From Candidatus Woesearchaeota archaeon (GTDB taxonomy: Archaea > Nanobdellota > Nanobdellia > Woesearchaeales > ARS49): a stretch of 64,000 bases of DNA. A program made the translations under genes and the position numbers. How positions within the stretch are numbered: position 1 is the first letter of the stretch; each line of letters starts with the position of its first letter. Shown in pieces: positions 33,402-41,806 of this stretch. The stretch spans positions 937 through 64,936 of the forward strand of contig QZIM01000011.1 of assembly GCA_003599055.1 (NCBI GenBank). The letters run 5' to 3'. The notes under the pieces are model-generated. The model worked only from the letters and a program-made list of their open reading frames with translations, was not told the origin of the DNA and did not search any database.

Positions 33402-34717
33402 GGTTTTGGTTTTACCTCGTAAAGGGTGTGTTGGGTGAAATAGTTTTGCGCGACGCGCTGGACGTCTGCAGAAGTGACGGCGTTCACCCGTGTTTCAAGT
33501 TCGGTGTAATCGCCAAGGTCGCCGCGAACCCAAGCTTCACCGATGTCAAAGCCGACCTGGAAGAGGTCTTCTTGTGAGCGGAGGTTTCCGGAGAGGAGGA
33601 CTGCTTTTGCGCGGGCAAGTTCTTGAGGAGTGACGGGTTCTGTCTTGAGCCGCTGAATCTGTAAGAGCAGTTCTGCAATTGCTTGTGCGCGCTTTTCCGG
33701 CTCGGTTACAATGAGGGTTTCAAAGACGCCGGTGTCCATAAGGGGTGCGTAGACGCTGTTGCCGCGAACGATGATTTCTTTTTCCTGTTTGAGGATGCGG
33801 TTCATTCGCGAGCTGTCGCCGACGGAGAAAAGTGTGTTAAGGACGATGAATGGGTACTTGTCAGGGGACCGGGCGTTGGGCGCGATGTAGCCAAGGGCGG
33901 AATACGCGTAGCCGACGTTTCGAAATGAGCTGTTGTAGCGAACGTCGGTGCGGGGCGGCTCTTTTGGAAAATCAATTGCGGGAAGTTCTTTTGGGGCAAG
34001 GTCGGAGAATGCCGCGCTGACCGTTTGGAGAATTTCATCAGAGTCAATGTCTCCTGCAACGACGATGTTCATATTGTTGGGTACGTACCACGTGTCATAG
34101 AATGAGGAAATGGTTTCTTTGGTTTGTGACAGGATGGTGTCCTTGTAGCCGATGATGGGGTGGCGGTAGGGGTGCGAGTCAAGGAGTAAGAGGCCGAATT
34201 GTTCATCCGTGTACCGTTCGGGCTCGTTGTATTGGAAGCGCTGTTCTTCCGTGACGACTTCTTTTTCCTTTTCAATTTCTGTTTCGTTGAATGCGGGGTT
34301 TTTGAGAAGGTCAACCATAAGGGGGAAAATAACGTTGAACTTGTCGCGGGGGACGGTGACAAAGTACATGGTCCAGTCGTGCGACGTCATGGCGTTCAGT
34401 TCCCCGCCGACTGATTCGACGCTGCGGTGGAACGACCCGACAGGTTGTGTTGCTGTTCCTTTGAACCAGATGTGTTCGAAAATGTGCGCAATGCCTTGCT
34501 GGCCGTTTGGCTCGTTGCGTGAGCCGACGCGTATCCAGAACTGAATCGTGACGAGGGGGAGCGCGTGCTGTTCTTTGAGCGTGATGGTAAGGCCGTTGGG
34601 GAGTTCGTGAACAGAGAGGCTTTTTTCGTGTGCGGGAAGGGGGACGTTTGCGGATGGCGTGCAGGCAACAAGGAGCAAACTGCCGGCTACCAACCACAAG
34701 AGCATCACCTTTTTCAT
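33398..34717 (-). CDS. M16 (pitrilysin) family zinc peptidase lipoprotein, catalytic subunit type
   Basis: Signal LLVAC. Inverted zinc motif GIAHIFEHIWFKGT (HxxEH). 4-nt overlap with the downstream paralog. Confidence 0.85.
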   Translation of the reverse strand: MKKVMLLWLVAGSLLLVACTPSANVPLPAHEKSLSVHELPNGLTITLKEQHALPLVTIQFWIRVGSRNEPNGQQGIAHIFEHIWFKGTATQPVGSFHRSVESVGGELNAMTSHDWTMYFVTVPRDKFNVIFPLMVDLLKNPAFNETEIEKEKEVVTEEQRFQYNEPERYTDEQFGLLLLDSHPYRHPIIGYKDTILSQTKETISSFYDTWYVPNNMNIVVAGDIDSDEILQTVSAAFSDLAPKELPAIDFPKEPPRTDVRYNSSFRNVGYAYSALGYIAPNARSPDKYPFIVLNTLFSVGDSSRMNRILKQEKEIIVRGNSVYAPLMDTGVFETLIVTEPEKRAQAIAELLLQIQRLKTEPVTPQELARAKAVLLSGNLRSQEDLFQVGFDIGEAWVRGDLGDYTELETRVNAVTSADVQRVAQNYFTQHTLYEVKPKP

Positions 34718-34747
34718 AAGGTGGCAAAGAGAAGGGGCGTTTATAAA

Positions 34748-35791
34748 TTATTTGATAACGGTCACTTCAACCGGCTGCTTGATTCCTTTGACCGGCACTT
34801 GCTTGTGAAAGACAGGGAGTCGTTCAACGAGCGGCCAGGCTTCGGGGTGTTCGAGGGTTTCGCGGCTGATGCAGATTTGGTCTTTGTCTGCGATGCTTTG
34901 GACGCGCGCTGCCTTGTTGACGGTTGTTCCGAAGTAGTCAAGGCGTGAGTTGAGCGTGACGGCAAGGCAGGGCCCGGTGTGGATGCCGACTTTAAGCGAT
35001 GCCGCTCCGCGGATGTCTTTGCGCTTGTTGAACTGTTTGAATGCGTCTTTGACTTCGATGCTTGCGGCAATGGCGTTTGCGGGGTGGGTGAATGTTGCCA
35101 TAACGGCATCGCCGATGGTTTTGATGACGGTTCCGTGGTTTTTCTTGATGATGTCAAATAAGAGTCCAAAGTGTTCGCGAACTATTCGGTATGCACCGCC
35201 GTCACCCAGTTTTTCGTAGGTGGCGGTGCTGCCGGAAAGGTCGGTGAAAAAGAAGGTGAGCGAGCCGACGGTGATGTGTTCGCCGGGAAGGGGCTTGTCG
35301 CGCTCGAACAAGTTCTTGAATTCTTCGGTGTTGATGACGTCGATTGCGCGCAGGTATTGTTCTTGTGCTGGTTTTCCATCAAAAGTGATGCGCGCAAGGT
35401 CAGGGTGGATGGTGAATGCGATTTCAACCGAGTGGTCAAGGGAGGGGGTGTTTTGGTGTTCGCACGCGGGGCAGACAAGCTTGCTTTTGACGTTTTGGAG
35501 CCCGCCCAAGCTTGCGCCGCCGTTGCATCCTTGGCAGTGGAGGAGGAAGTGAAGGTCAAAGAGCTTGTGCTTGGTTGCGACAAGGAATCCGCGGACAACG
35601 TCGGTAAGGGAGCGCTGCCACGCTTTGCTTAAGGTGACGAGGTTAAGGTGGGCGAGTTCATCAGGTGATGCTGCCCGTGCAAGCTCTTCGAGTCGGATTT
35701 TGATTTTGTCATCCGCGAGTTCCCTTTCTGCAAGGCGAAGGCGCGCGCGAAAGCGTGCCAGGTTCACTCCGTTGCCAAAGAGCCAGCTCAT
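34748..35791 (-). CDS. Class III adenylate/guanylate cyclase with an N-terminal zinc-ribbon domain
   Basis: Cyclase core FFFTDLSGSTATYEKLGD...IKTIGDAVMATF...VGIHTGPCL...DYFGTTVNKAARV. N-terminal HCQGCNG...CPACEH. Confidence 0.85.
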   Translation of the reverse strand: MSWLFGNGVNLARFRARLRLAERELADDKIKIRLEELARAASPDELAHLNLVTLSKAWQRSLTDVVRGFLVATKHKLFDLHFLLHCQGCNGGASLGGLQNVKSKLVCPACEHQNTPSLDHSVEIAFTIHPDLARITFDGKPAQEQYLRAIDVINTEEFKNLFERDKPLPGEHITVGSLTFFFTDLSGSTATYEKLGDGGAYRIVREHFGLLFDIIKKNHGTVIKTIGDAVMATFTHPANAIAASIEVKDAFKQFNKRKDIRGAASLKVGIHTGPCLAVTLNSRLDYFGTTVNKAARVQSIADKDQICISRETLEHPEAWPLVERLPVFHKQVPVKGIKQPVEVTVIK

Positions 35792-35848
35792 GGTGCGGGC
35801 GCCTTTGTTACCGTATAAATAGATTTTGGGGGTGGAGTATCGGCAAAC

Positions 35849-35857
35849 CTTTTTATA
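35849..35857 (+). promoter_or_regulatory. TATA-like box (CTTTTTATA) 26-34 nt upstream of tRNA-Val
   Basis: Same box and spacing as at the other tRNA genes. Confidence 0.6.
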
Positions 35858-35882
35858 CCCTTCCTGAGGCGTTTTGGCTTGC

Positions 35883-35955
35883 GGACTCGTAGTTTAGCGG
35901 CTATAACGGCTCGTTTACACCGAGCAGGTCGTCGGTTCGAATCCGACCGGGTCCA
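35883..35955 (+). tRNA. tRNA-Val (UAC), no intron
   Basis: Hand fold: GGACTCG-TA-GTTT..AAC-G-GCTCG-TTTACAC-CGAGC-AGGTC-GTCGG-TTCGAAT-CCGAC-CGGGTCC-A. Confidence 0.85.
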
Positions 35956-36037
35956 TAAAACGACAAGAGCGAAGCTCACGTGCGGGGATAGGCGCAGAGG
36001 ATTTGAACTTCCGACACGAACGACGTGAGTGGTGAGA

Positions 36038-36059
36038 GTTCGAATCCGCCCGAGGTCCA
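36038..36059 (+). repeat. Degenerate copy of the tRNA-Val 3' end
   Basis: gttcgaatccgcccgaggtcca resembles the tRNA's own gttcgaatccgaccgggtcca (35935-35955), with one mismatch and one indel. Confidence 0.6.
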
Positions 36060-36060
36060 T

Positions 36061-36510
36061 TTATACTTTCTTTTCAAGTACAAGGGTATGTCCTTCATCT
36101 TTTATTGGGTAGTATCCGTGTCGCAGGTAAAGCCGTTTCGCGGGGTTTTCTTTGAAAACGCGCAGTCTGATGATGTGAATGCCTCTCTTTTTAGTCGTTT
36201 TTTCCATAAGGGTGAGAAGGACTGTTCCTAATCCTTTTCTTCGAACGAATTTTGAAAGTTGTATGTTTCGAAGGTAGGTGAAATCATTTTCAAATTCAAG
36301 GTCGGTGAAGGCGACGCGTCTGTTTTTGTATTCGATGATGCTGATTCTTCTTTTATCAAAGTCTGAGCGAAAAACTGATGGTTTCCAGCCGCCAAGGTGT
36401 TTTGTGAAGTAGGTGAGCATATTTGATTTCAATAGTCGATAGACGAACCAATAATCGGCGCCAGTGCACTTGCGGAGTAGGAAAGTTCGGTCATTGACGC
36501 GGATTTTCAT
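36061..36510 (-). CDS. GNAT-family acetyltransferase
   Basis: Typical GNAT core (RNIQLSKFVRRKGLGTVLLTLMEKTTKKRG...FKENPAKRLYLRHGY). Confidence 0.8.
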   Translation of the reverse strand: MKIRVNDRTFLLRKCTGADYWFVYRLLKSNMLTYFTKHLGGWKPSVFRSDFDKRRISIIEYKNRRVAFTDLEFENDFTYLRNIQLSKFVRRKGLGTVLLTLMEKTTKKRGIHIIRLRVFKENPAKRLYLRHGYYPIKDEGHTLVLEKKV

Positions 36511-36594
36511 AAGTGCGGAGGTGCAAGAACTCTTAAAAAGCTACTGTTGCGCCGGTGCACAACCTTTAAATATCCTCAGGGGGGTTATCGTCGT

Positions 36595-37326
36595 ATGCAG
36601 GACCGCATTTATTCAATATTGGTTGAGCAGAATGAGATTAGTTGGAAGACTATCATTTTGGACTTGATTAACAGTGAGCAGATGGACCCCTGGGATGTGG
36701 ATGTTTCGCAATTAACGCAAAAGTATATTGAGAAGGTGCGCGAGCTTAAGGAGCAGTCGCTCAAGGTCGGCGGCAAGGTTGTTCTTGCAGCGTCTATGCT
36801 GCTTCGGATTAAGAGCAGTCGTTTGGTGAGTGATGATTTGGAGGATTTTGACCGTTTGCTTGCGGGTAACGATGTGAGTGCGGAGGCGTTTTATGATGGG
36901 CTTGAGCAGGAGTTGGCTGCGGGCGAGCAGGTCGGTCTTAAGGAGGACCTTGAGCTTTTGCCGCGGATGCCGCAGGCGCGCAGAAGGAAGGTTTCGGTCT
37001 TTGACCTCGTGCGCGCGCTCGAGAAAGCATTGGAGGTCAAGCAGCGCCGTGTGCTGAACACGGTTCCGCCGCCATTGCCGCTTCCTGAGCGCAAGTTTGA
37101 CCTGACGGCCGCAATTCAGGGGCTGCATCGCAGGATTTTGTCGCTTTTTGGTGCAAGAAAGAAGTTAACGTTCACCGACCTCCTTCCGGGTGAGTCGCGT
37201 GAGGAGAAAGTGTACACGTTTATGCCGCTTTTGCACTTGTCCAATCAGCGCAAGGTTGATTTGGTGCAAAATGAGGCGTTTGGTGAGATTCAGGTTCATT
37301 TGGTGGAGGCGAAAAATGTTCAGTGA
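36595..37326 (+). CDS. scpA: Segregation and condensation protein A (kleisin)
   Basis: N-terminal LDLINSEQMDPWDVDVSQLTQKYIEKV pattern and a C-terminal winged-helix-like region. ctttaaatat lies 22-31 nt upstream of ATG 36595. Confidence 0.7.
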   Translation: MQDRIYSILVEQNEISWKTIILDLINSEQMDPWDVDVSQLTQKYIEKVRELKEQSLKVGGKVVLAASMLLRIKSSRLVSDDLEDFDRLLAGNDVSAEAFYDGLEQELAAGEQVGLKEDLELLPRMPQARRRKVSVFDLVRALEKALEVKQRRVLNTVPPPLPLPERKFDLTAAIQGLHRRILSLFGARKKLTFTDLLPGESREEKVYTFMPLLHLSNQRKVDLVQNEAFGEIQVHLVEAKNVQ

Positions 37327-37480
37327 ACAGGAAAAGCAGTATTTGCGTGATGTTGTGAAAAGCCAGATTGAGGCGGCAAAGAAGGGCGAAAAGCGCGCGC
37401 TTGGCGCAACGCCTGCATTTTTGAAGGCAGGGCACGAGCTCGTTCATTTTCTTGAGGGGCTCTTGGAGAAGCTCAAATGA
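37316..37480 (+). CDS. Small helical hypothetical protein (54 aa)
   Basis: It overlaps the scpA end and is ATGA-coupled to the prefoldin start. Coding status is uncertain. Confidence 0.35.
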   Translation: MFSEQEKQYLRDVVKSQIEAAKKGEKRALGATPAFLKAGHELVHFLEGLLEKLK

Positions 37481-37902
37481 GTGACAATAAGGCGGAAGTG
37501 CAGAAGAAAGTAATGGAGCTTCAGATGTTGCAGCATCAGGCGCGAGAGGTTCAGCGTCAGGCGCAGATGCTTGAGCAGCAGGCGGGCGAGATGGAGCTTG
37601 TGCAGCAGGCAATTGACGACTTTTCGCGGGCAAAGGCAGGCAGTGAGTCGTTTGTGACGCTGACGCCGGGTGTTTTTGTGAAGGCAAGAATTGAGAATAC
37701 TGAGTCTGTGCTTCTCAATGTGGGCGGAGGCGCGGTTGTGGAAAAGGCAGTTCCGGATGCAAAGGAGTTGATTGCGCGGCAAACGCAGGAATTGCGCAAG
37801 ATGCAGGACGAGATGGTTGTCCAGTTGCAGAAGATTATGCAGCGCGCGGAAAAATCTCAAGAGGAGCTTCGCGCGCTCGTAAAGCAAAAGGAGTCAAAGT
37901 AG
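37477..37902 (+). CDS. pfdA: Prefoldin alpha subunit
   Basis: Coiled coil, then two beta-hairpins (SFVTLTPGVFVKARIENTESVLLNVGGGAVVEKAV), then coiled coil. It lies directly upstream of ftsY, as in many archaea. Confidence 0.8.
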   Translation: MSDNKAEVQKKVMELQMLQHQAREVQRQAQMLEQQAGEMELVQQAIDDFSRAKAGSESFVTLTPGVFVKARIENTESVLLNVGGGAVVEKAVPDAKELIARQTQELRKMQDEMVVQLQKIMQRAEKSQEELRALVKQKESK

Positions 37903-37913
37903 GGTGGCTTGCA

Positions 37914-39353
37914 ATGTTTGGTTTTCTCAAGGATAAGCTCAAAGGGGCGCTCGGGAAGTTAACAAAGAAGGTAGAGGAAGCGCCTGAAGAGGAAATCACG
38001 GTTGAGAAGGAAGTTGCAAAGAAGCCAAAGAAGGAAGAAAAGCCCAAAGCCGAAAAGAAGCCGCAAAAGAAGGAAGTTGAAAAGCCGGCAAAAAAGGAAA
38101 CTGCGGAAAAGAAGGAATCTTCGGTAAAGAAAAAAGAGGCGCCGGTTGAGGAAAGGGAAGCGCCGGCAATTGAAGGGCAAAAAGTTGCGCCTGCTCAAGA
38201 GAAGGTGCCTGAGCCGCGTGCCGTAACTGAAGAGCCGGCTCCAAAACAGGTGGCGGAAACGCCCAAAGTTGAGCCGGAGCCAATCAAAGTTGAGCAAAAG
38301 AAGGGCTTTTTTTCAAGGATTTTTGGCGGGAAGGAAGAGCCAAAGGCAGAAGTTAAGGCAGAAGTTCCGGTTGTCACGGTTGAGCAAAAGATTGAAAGAA
38401 GTAAGCCTGAGGTCAAGCCTGAAGTAAAGAAAGTTGAGCCAAAGAAGGCAGAGACCGAAATTGAGGCGCCTGCTGAGGAAAAGGGCTTTTTCCGCCGGAT
38501 GACGGAAAAAATTACGACAAAGAAGATTTCGCCGGAGCAGTTTGATGAGTTGTTCTGGGATTTGGAGCTTGCGCTGCTCGAGAATAATGTTGCGCTGGAA
38601 GTGATTGAGAAGATTAAGGCTGACCTGAAGTCAGCGATTGTCGAGCGGCCGGTGCCGCGCGGCCAGGTTGAGGAAACGATTGTGCACGCATTGCAGGAAA
38701 GTCTCAGCGGTCTTTTCATTGAAAGCCCAATTGACATCGTGCAAAAGGCAAAGGAAAAGAAGCCGCTTGTGGTCTGCTTTGTCGGTGTGAACGGCAGCGG
38801 GAAGACAACGAGCATTGCGAAGATGACGAAGTATTTGCAGTCAAACGGGCTGAGCGTGGTTCTTGCAGCGGCGGATACGTTCCGCGCGGCGGCAATTGAC
38901 CAGTTGCAGCTTCACGCGGACAATCTTGGCGTAAAACTGATTCGTCACGATTACGGTTCTGACCCTGCGGCGGTTGCGTTTGATGCGGTCAAGCACGCAG
39001 AGGCGGCCAAAAAGGATGTCGTGCTGATTGACACCGCGGGCCGTTTGCACAGCAATATTAATCTGGTTGATGAGATGAAAAAAATCGTCCGCGTGGCAAA
39101 GCCGGACCTCAAGATTTTTGTGGGAGAGTCAATTACCGGCAATGACTGTGTTGAGCAGGCGCGAAAGTTTGACGAGGCGGTGGGTATTGACGGCATTATT
39201 TTGGCAAAGGCGGACATTGACGAGAAGGGCGGCGCCGCAATCAGTGTGAGTTTCGTCACAAAAAAGCCGATTCTCTTCCTCGGGATGGGCCAGGAGTACA
39301 AGGACTTCCAGCCCTTTGATAAGGACAAGTTGCTTGCAAGTTTGGGGTTGTAG
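37914..39353 (+). CDS. ftsY: Signal recognition particle receptor FtsY with a long Lys/Glu/Pro-rich N-terminus
   Basis: NG domain motifs VGVNGSGKTTSIAKM, DTFRAAAIDQL, LIDTAGRLH, ILAKADID. Confidence 0.92.
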   Translation: MFGFLKDKLKGALGKLTKKVEEAPEEEITVEKEVAKKPKKEEKPKAEKKPQKKEVEKPAKKETAEKKESSVKKKEAPVEEREAPAIEGQKVAPAQEKVPEPRAVTEEPAPKQVAETPKVEPEPIKVEQKKGFFSRIFGGKEEPKAEVKAEVPVVTVEQKIERSKPEVKPEVKKVEPKKAETEIEAPAEEKGFFRRMTEKITTKKISPEQFDELFWDLELALLENNVALEVIEKIKADLKSAIVERPVPRGQVEETIVHALQESLSGLFIESPIDIVQKAKEKKPLVVCFVGVNGSGKTTSIAKMTKYLQSNGLSVVLAAADTFRAAAIDQLQLHADNLGVKLIRHDYGSDPAAVAFDAVKHAEAAKKDVVLIDTAGRLHSNINLVDEMKKIVRVAKPDLKIFVGESITGNDCVEQARKFDEAVGIDGIILAKADIDEKGGAAISVSFVTKKPILFLGMGQEYKDFQPFDKDKLLASLGL

Positions 39354-39413
39354 GATTGCCTACCGTCACCTTTAAATAACCTCTCTGCATTTCTTGTCAT
39401 AAAGAGGGGTGTT

Positions 39414-39950
39414 ATGTTTCAGTTGCTCTACGACCCGCTTGGGGAGATTAAGAAGGCAAGGCATCAGCAGTTTGGCAAGATTTTGCTCTACTTAGTTACT
39501 GCATCGCTCTTTTACACGGTCGGGCTTCTTTTCTTTGCGTGGAGGTATTTCCCTGAGCGTTTGACGCCGCCGATGATTGCGAATGGGATTTTGCTTGCTT
39601 TGTTTGGCATTATGACGGTTGTGCTGCTCGCGTCGTTCTTTTTTGCGCTTGCGTTTCACGTGCTTGACGGCAAGGGCGGCTATTATGAAGGTTTGGCAAT
39701 GACGGTTCTCGCGCTCGTGCCTGAGGCAGTGTTCACGTTTTTTGCGGGCGCGCTCACGTTTGCGCCGATGGGCATTTACGTTGGATTGGCGCTGCTTGCG
39801 TATGGGTGGGTGCTCGCGTTCGCGATTTTCTTCCGTGCGGGAAAAGAATTGTTCGAATTGGACTACGCGGGCGTTTTCGCGGGTTTTGTCGCAACGCTTG
39901 TTCCGCTCGTGTTTGTCGGGGTTCTTGGCTGGTTGTTGTACGGATTGTGA
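39414..39950 (+). CDS. Yip1-like integral membrane protein (5 TM)
   Basis: 178-aa polytopic protein. The Yip1-type call is tentative and based on topology only. Confidence 0.5.
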   Translation: MFQLLYDPLGEIKKARHQQFGKILLYLVTASLFYTVGLLFFAWRYFPERLTPPMIANGILLALFGIMTVVLLASFFFALAFHVLDGKGGYYEGLAMTVLALVPEAVFTFFAGALTFAPMGIYVGLALLAYGWVLAFAIFFRAGKELFELDYAGVFAGFVATLVPLVFVGVLGWLLYGL

Positions 39951-39954
39951 CGGT

Positions 39955-40629
39955 TCAGTTTGCCGTCTTTTCGTCTTCGGGCAGAAAAGTAATTTCGTTG
40001 CCGAATATCGTTCCGCGTTTGAGTGGGACGGGTCTCCAGGTGTCAACGACTAAATTCGCTTCAAGCCATTGGGAGAGTTCTTGCGGGTTGCCGATGGTTG
40101 CTGAAAGGCCCAATAGTTGAACATTCTTCAGCAGTTTTTTCATTATCGTAATCAGTATTTCAAGAGTCGGGCCTCGGTCTACGTCATTCAATAGGTGAAT
40201 TTCGTCAATAATCACGAGCCGGACAAAGCTTATCCAGGGCGCGTGGTGGCGAATCAATGAGTCAAGTTTTTCCGCAGTGCAGATAATGAGGTCGTACTCG
40301 GCAAGGTAGGGGTCGGTGGTGTCAAGGTCTGAACTGGTCTGGGTGATTTTGCACAAGTGTCCGTATTTGCGTTTGAACTCGCGGTTTTTTTCCGAGGCAA
40401 GTGCGAGCAGGGGCACGATGTAGATTGCTTTTCCTTTGCCTTCAAGGATGGTTTTCATCGCGGCCATTTCGGCAATTAATGTCTTGCCGGATGCAGTTGG
40501 CGTGCAAATTAAGAGCGATTTGCCGTTCAGGAGTCCTGCGTCCAGCGCTTTTTGTTGTGATGGGCGAAACGAGACAATGCCTTCTTTTTCGAGGACGTCG
40601 TGCGCGGGCTTGGGCAGGTCAATGTGCAT
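39955..40629 (-). pseudogene. Ski2/Hel308-like helicase truncated after the first RecA domain (224 aa)
   Basis: Motif I CTPTASGKT, motif II IIDEIHLL and motif III GLSATIGN are present. The ORF stops shortly after WRPVPLKRG, and there is no room for RecA2 or later domains before the convergent Yip1-like gene. Confidence 0.55.
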
Positions 40630-40712
40630 AGGTATTGTTGCTCAACACCTGCTTTTTAGTCCTTTCGGTGTCATATTGTCTGAGAACCGAAAACTGATTA
40701 CTGAGAACTCGT

Positions 40713-41024
40713 TTATCCGGGCTGGTATCTTCCCCGATAGAAGACGAAGCTCGGGTCGCTTGTTTGGCAGCGGCATTCAAAGAGTTCCATTGCTTCGTCG
40801 TAGCCGCCGGTGGGTATTCCGGGAAGTCCGTCTGAGCAGTGTGTTCCGCGGGAGCAGGCTTGTGCTGCGTCGCGTTCTTTGAACCAGCTGGTTCCTATTT
40901 TTTGTTCGCCGCTGAGTTTGCCCGTGACTTTGTCAAGTTCCGGCCCGCCAAGGACGATGATGAATGCGAATACTGCGGCGAGTGCGACGAATGCGAAAAT
41001 GATGAGTCCTGTGCTGTCATCCAT
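40713..41024 (-). CDS. Small N-terminally anchored Cys-containing protein
   Basis: TM GLIIFAFVALAAVFAFIIVLGG followed by a domain with CSRGTHC and CRC. Confidence 0.5.
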   Translation of the reverse strand: MDDSTGLIIFAFVALAAVFAFIIVLGGPELDKVTGKLSGEQKIGTSWFKERDAAQACSRGTHCSDGLPGIPTGGYDEAMELFECRCQTSDPSFVFYRGRYQPG

Positions 41025-41062
41025 GGTGTGCTCTCAAAAATAAAGGGAAAAAAAAGAAAAAA

Positions 41063-41458
41063 TTATGCCTGGACGCAGGCAAGCATTGGTTTTGCTGACG
41101 GGTCTGCGCTTTGGGCAAGACCGGGGCAGTAGTACCAGTTGCACAAGCGTCCGGGTATTGCTTCGTAGGGGATGTTGCCCTGTTCGCGGGTGCGGACTGC
41201 GCCGTTCGGGCATCGTGGCAGGTTGCTGCCTTCGAGTGCGGGAACAACGATTGCGTTGCCGATTTGGCCTGCTTGCATGCCCATAGGGACGCCGTCGTAT
41301 CCGACGGGTGCCGGTGTTTCAACGTTCGGCGGAAGCGGCGGAGGCGTGAATGCCTTGCCGGTTGCCGCGGGACTGGTGAACATAAGGACGAGGCCAACGA
41401 TGGCAAGGATTGCCACGATGCCTAAAAGCAAGATGTTCACTTCTTTTTTGTCTGCCAT
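41063..41458 (-). CDS. Small N-terminally anchored Cys-containing protein
   Basis: Start chosen at MADKKEVN (ATG 41458). TM ILLLGIVAILAIVGLVLMF, a Pro-rich linker, then a Cys-containing domain (RCPNG, LCNWYYCPG, ACV). Confidence 0.5.
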   Translation of the reverse strand: MADKKEVNILLLGIVAILAIVGLVLMFTSPAATGKAFTPPPLPPNVETPAPVGYDGVPMGMQAGQIGNAIVVPALEGSNLPRCPNGAVRTREQGNIPYEAIPGRLCNWYYCPGLAQSADPSAKPMLACVQA

Positions 41459-41489
41459 TGGATGTAACCTCCGCGCTTGCGCGCGACAA

Positions 41490-41762
41490 TCATGGGAGTC
41501 TGATGTATTGGGGGCGCCTGCAGTTGTTTTGCCCAATCATATCTTCACTGCAACAGTACAGGTCGTATTTGCCTTCGGTGCGAAGGAAGTACGCTGAGCT
41601 GGTGGCGCACGGGAAGGGAAGCATTTCTCCGCGAACCTGCGGGTAAACAGTTTCTCCTTGCACGATGTGGCCGGTTGGCTCATTGAGGATGAGATGAAGG
41701 GTTGCAAGCGCGCCCACAATTGCTACTATTGAGAGCACGATTGCCGCTGCACCTCTTTCCAT
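41490..41762 (-). CDS. Small N-terminally anchored Cys-containing protein
   Basis: TM AAIVLSIVAIVGALATLHLIL followed by PCATS, YCCSED and NNCRRP. Confidence 0.5.
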   Translation of the reverse strand: MERGAAAIVLSIVAIVGALATLHLILNEPTGHIVQGETVYPQVRGEMLPFPCATSSAYFLRTEGKYDLYCCSEDMIGQNNCRRPQYIRLP

Positions 41763-41806
41763 CTTTGTTTTTAACGTCGGATTCTATTTAAATCTTTTGG
41801 TAGCGC

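Noticed and set aside
35788-36060. 90-aa minus-strand ORF
   Set aside because: It lies over tRNA-Val and the tRNA-derived repeat region, so the RNA features explain the sequence.
37959-38815. Multiple ORFs on the minus strand and in alternative frames (95-206 aa)
   Set aside because: They arise from the AAG/GAA-rich low-complexity region encoding the FtsY N-terminus. The FtsY frame continues into an unmistakable NG domain.
39492-40046. 184-aa minus-strand ORF
   Set aside because: It is antisense to the Yip1-like membrane gene. Its product is Arg/Lys/Glu-rich, the mirror of hydrophobic codons.
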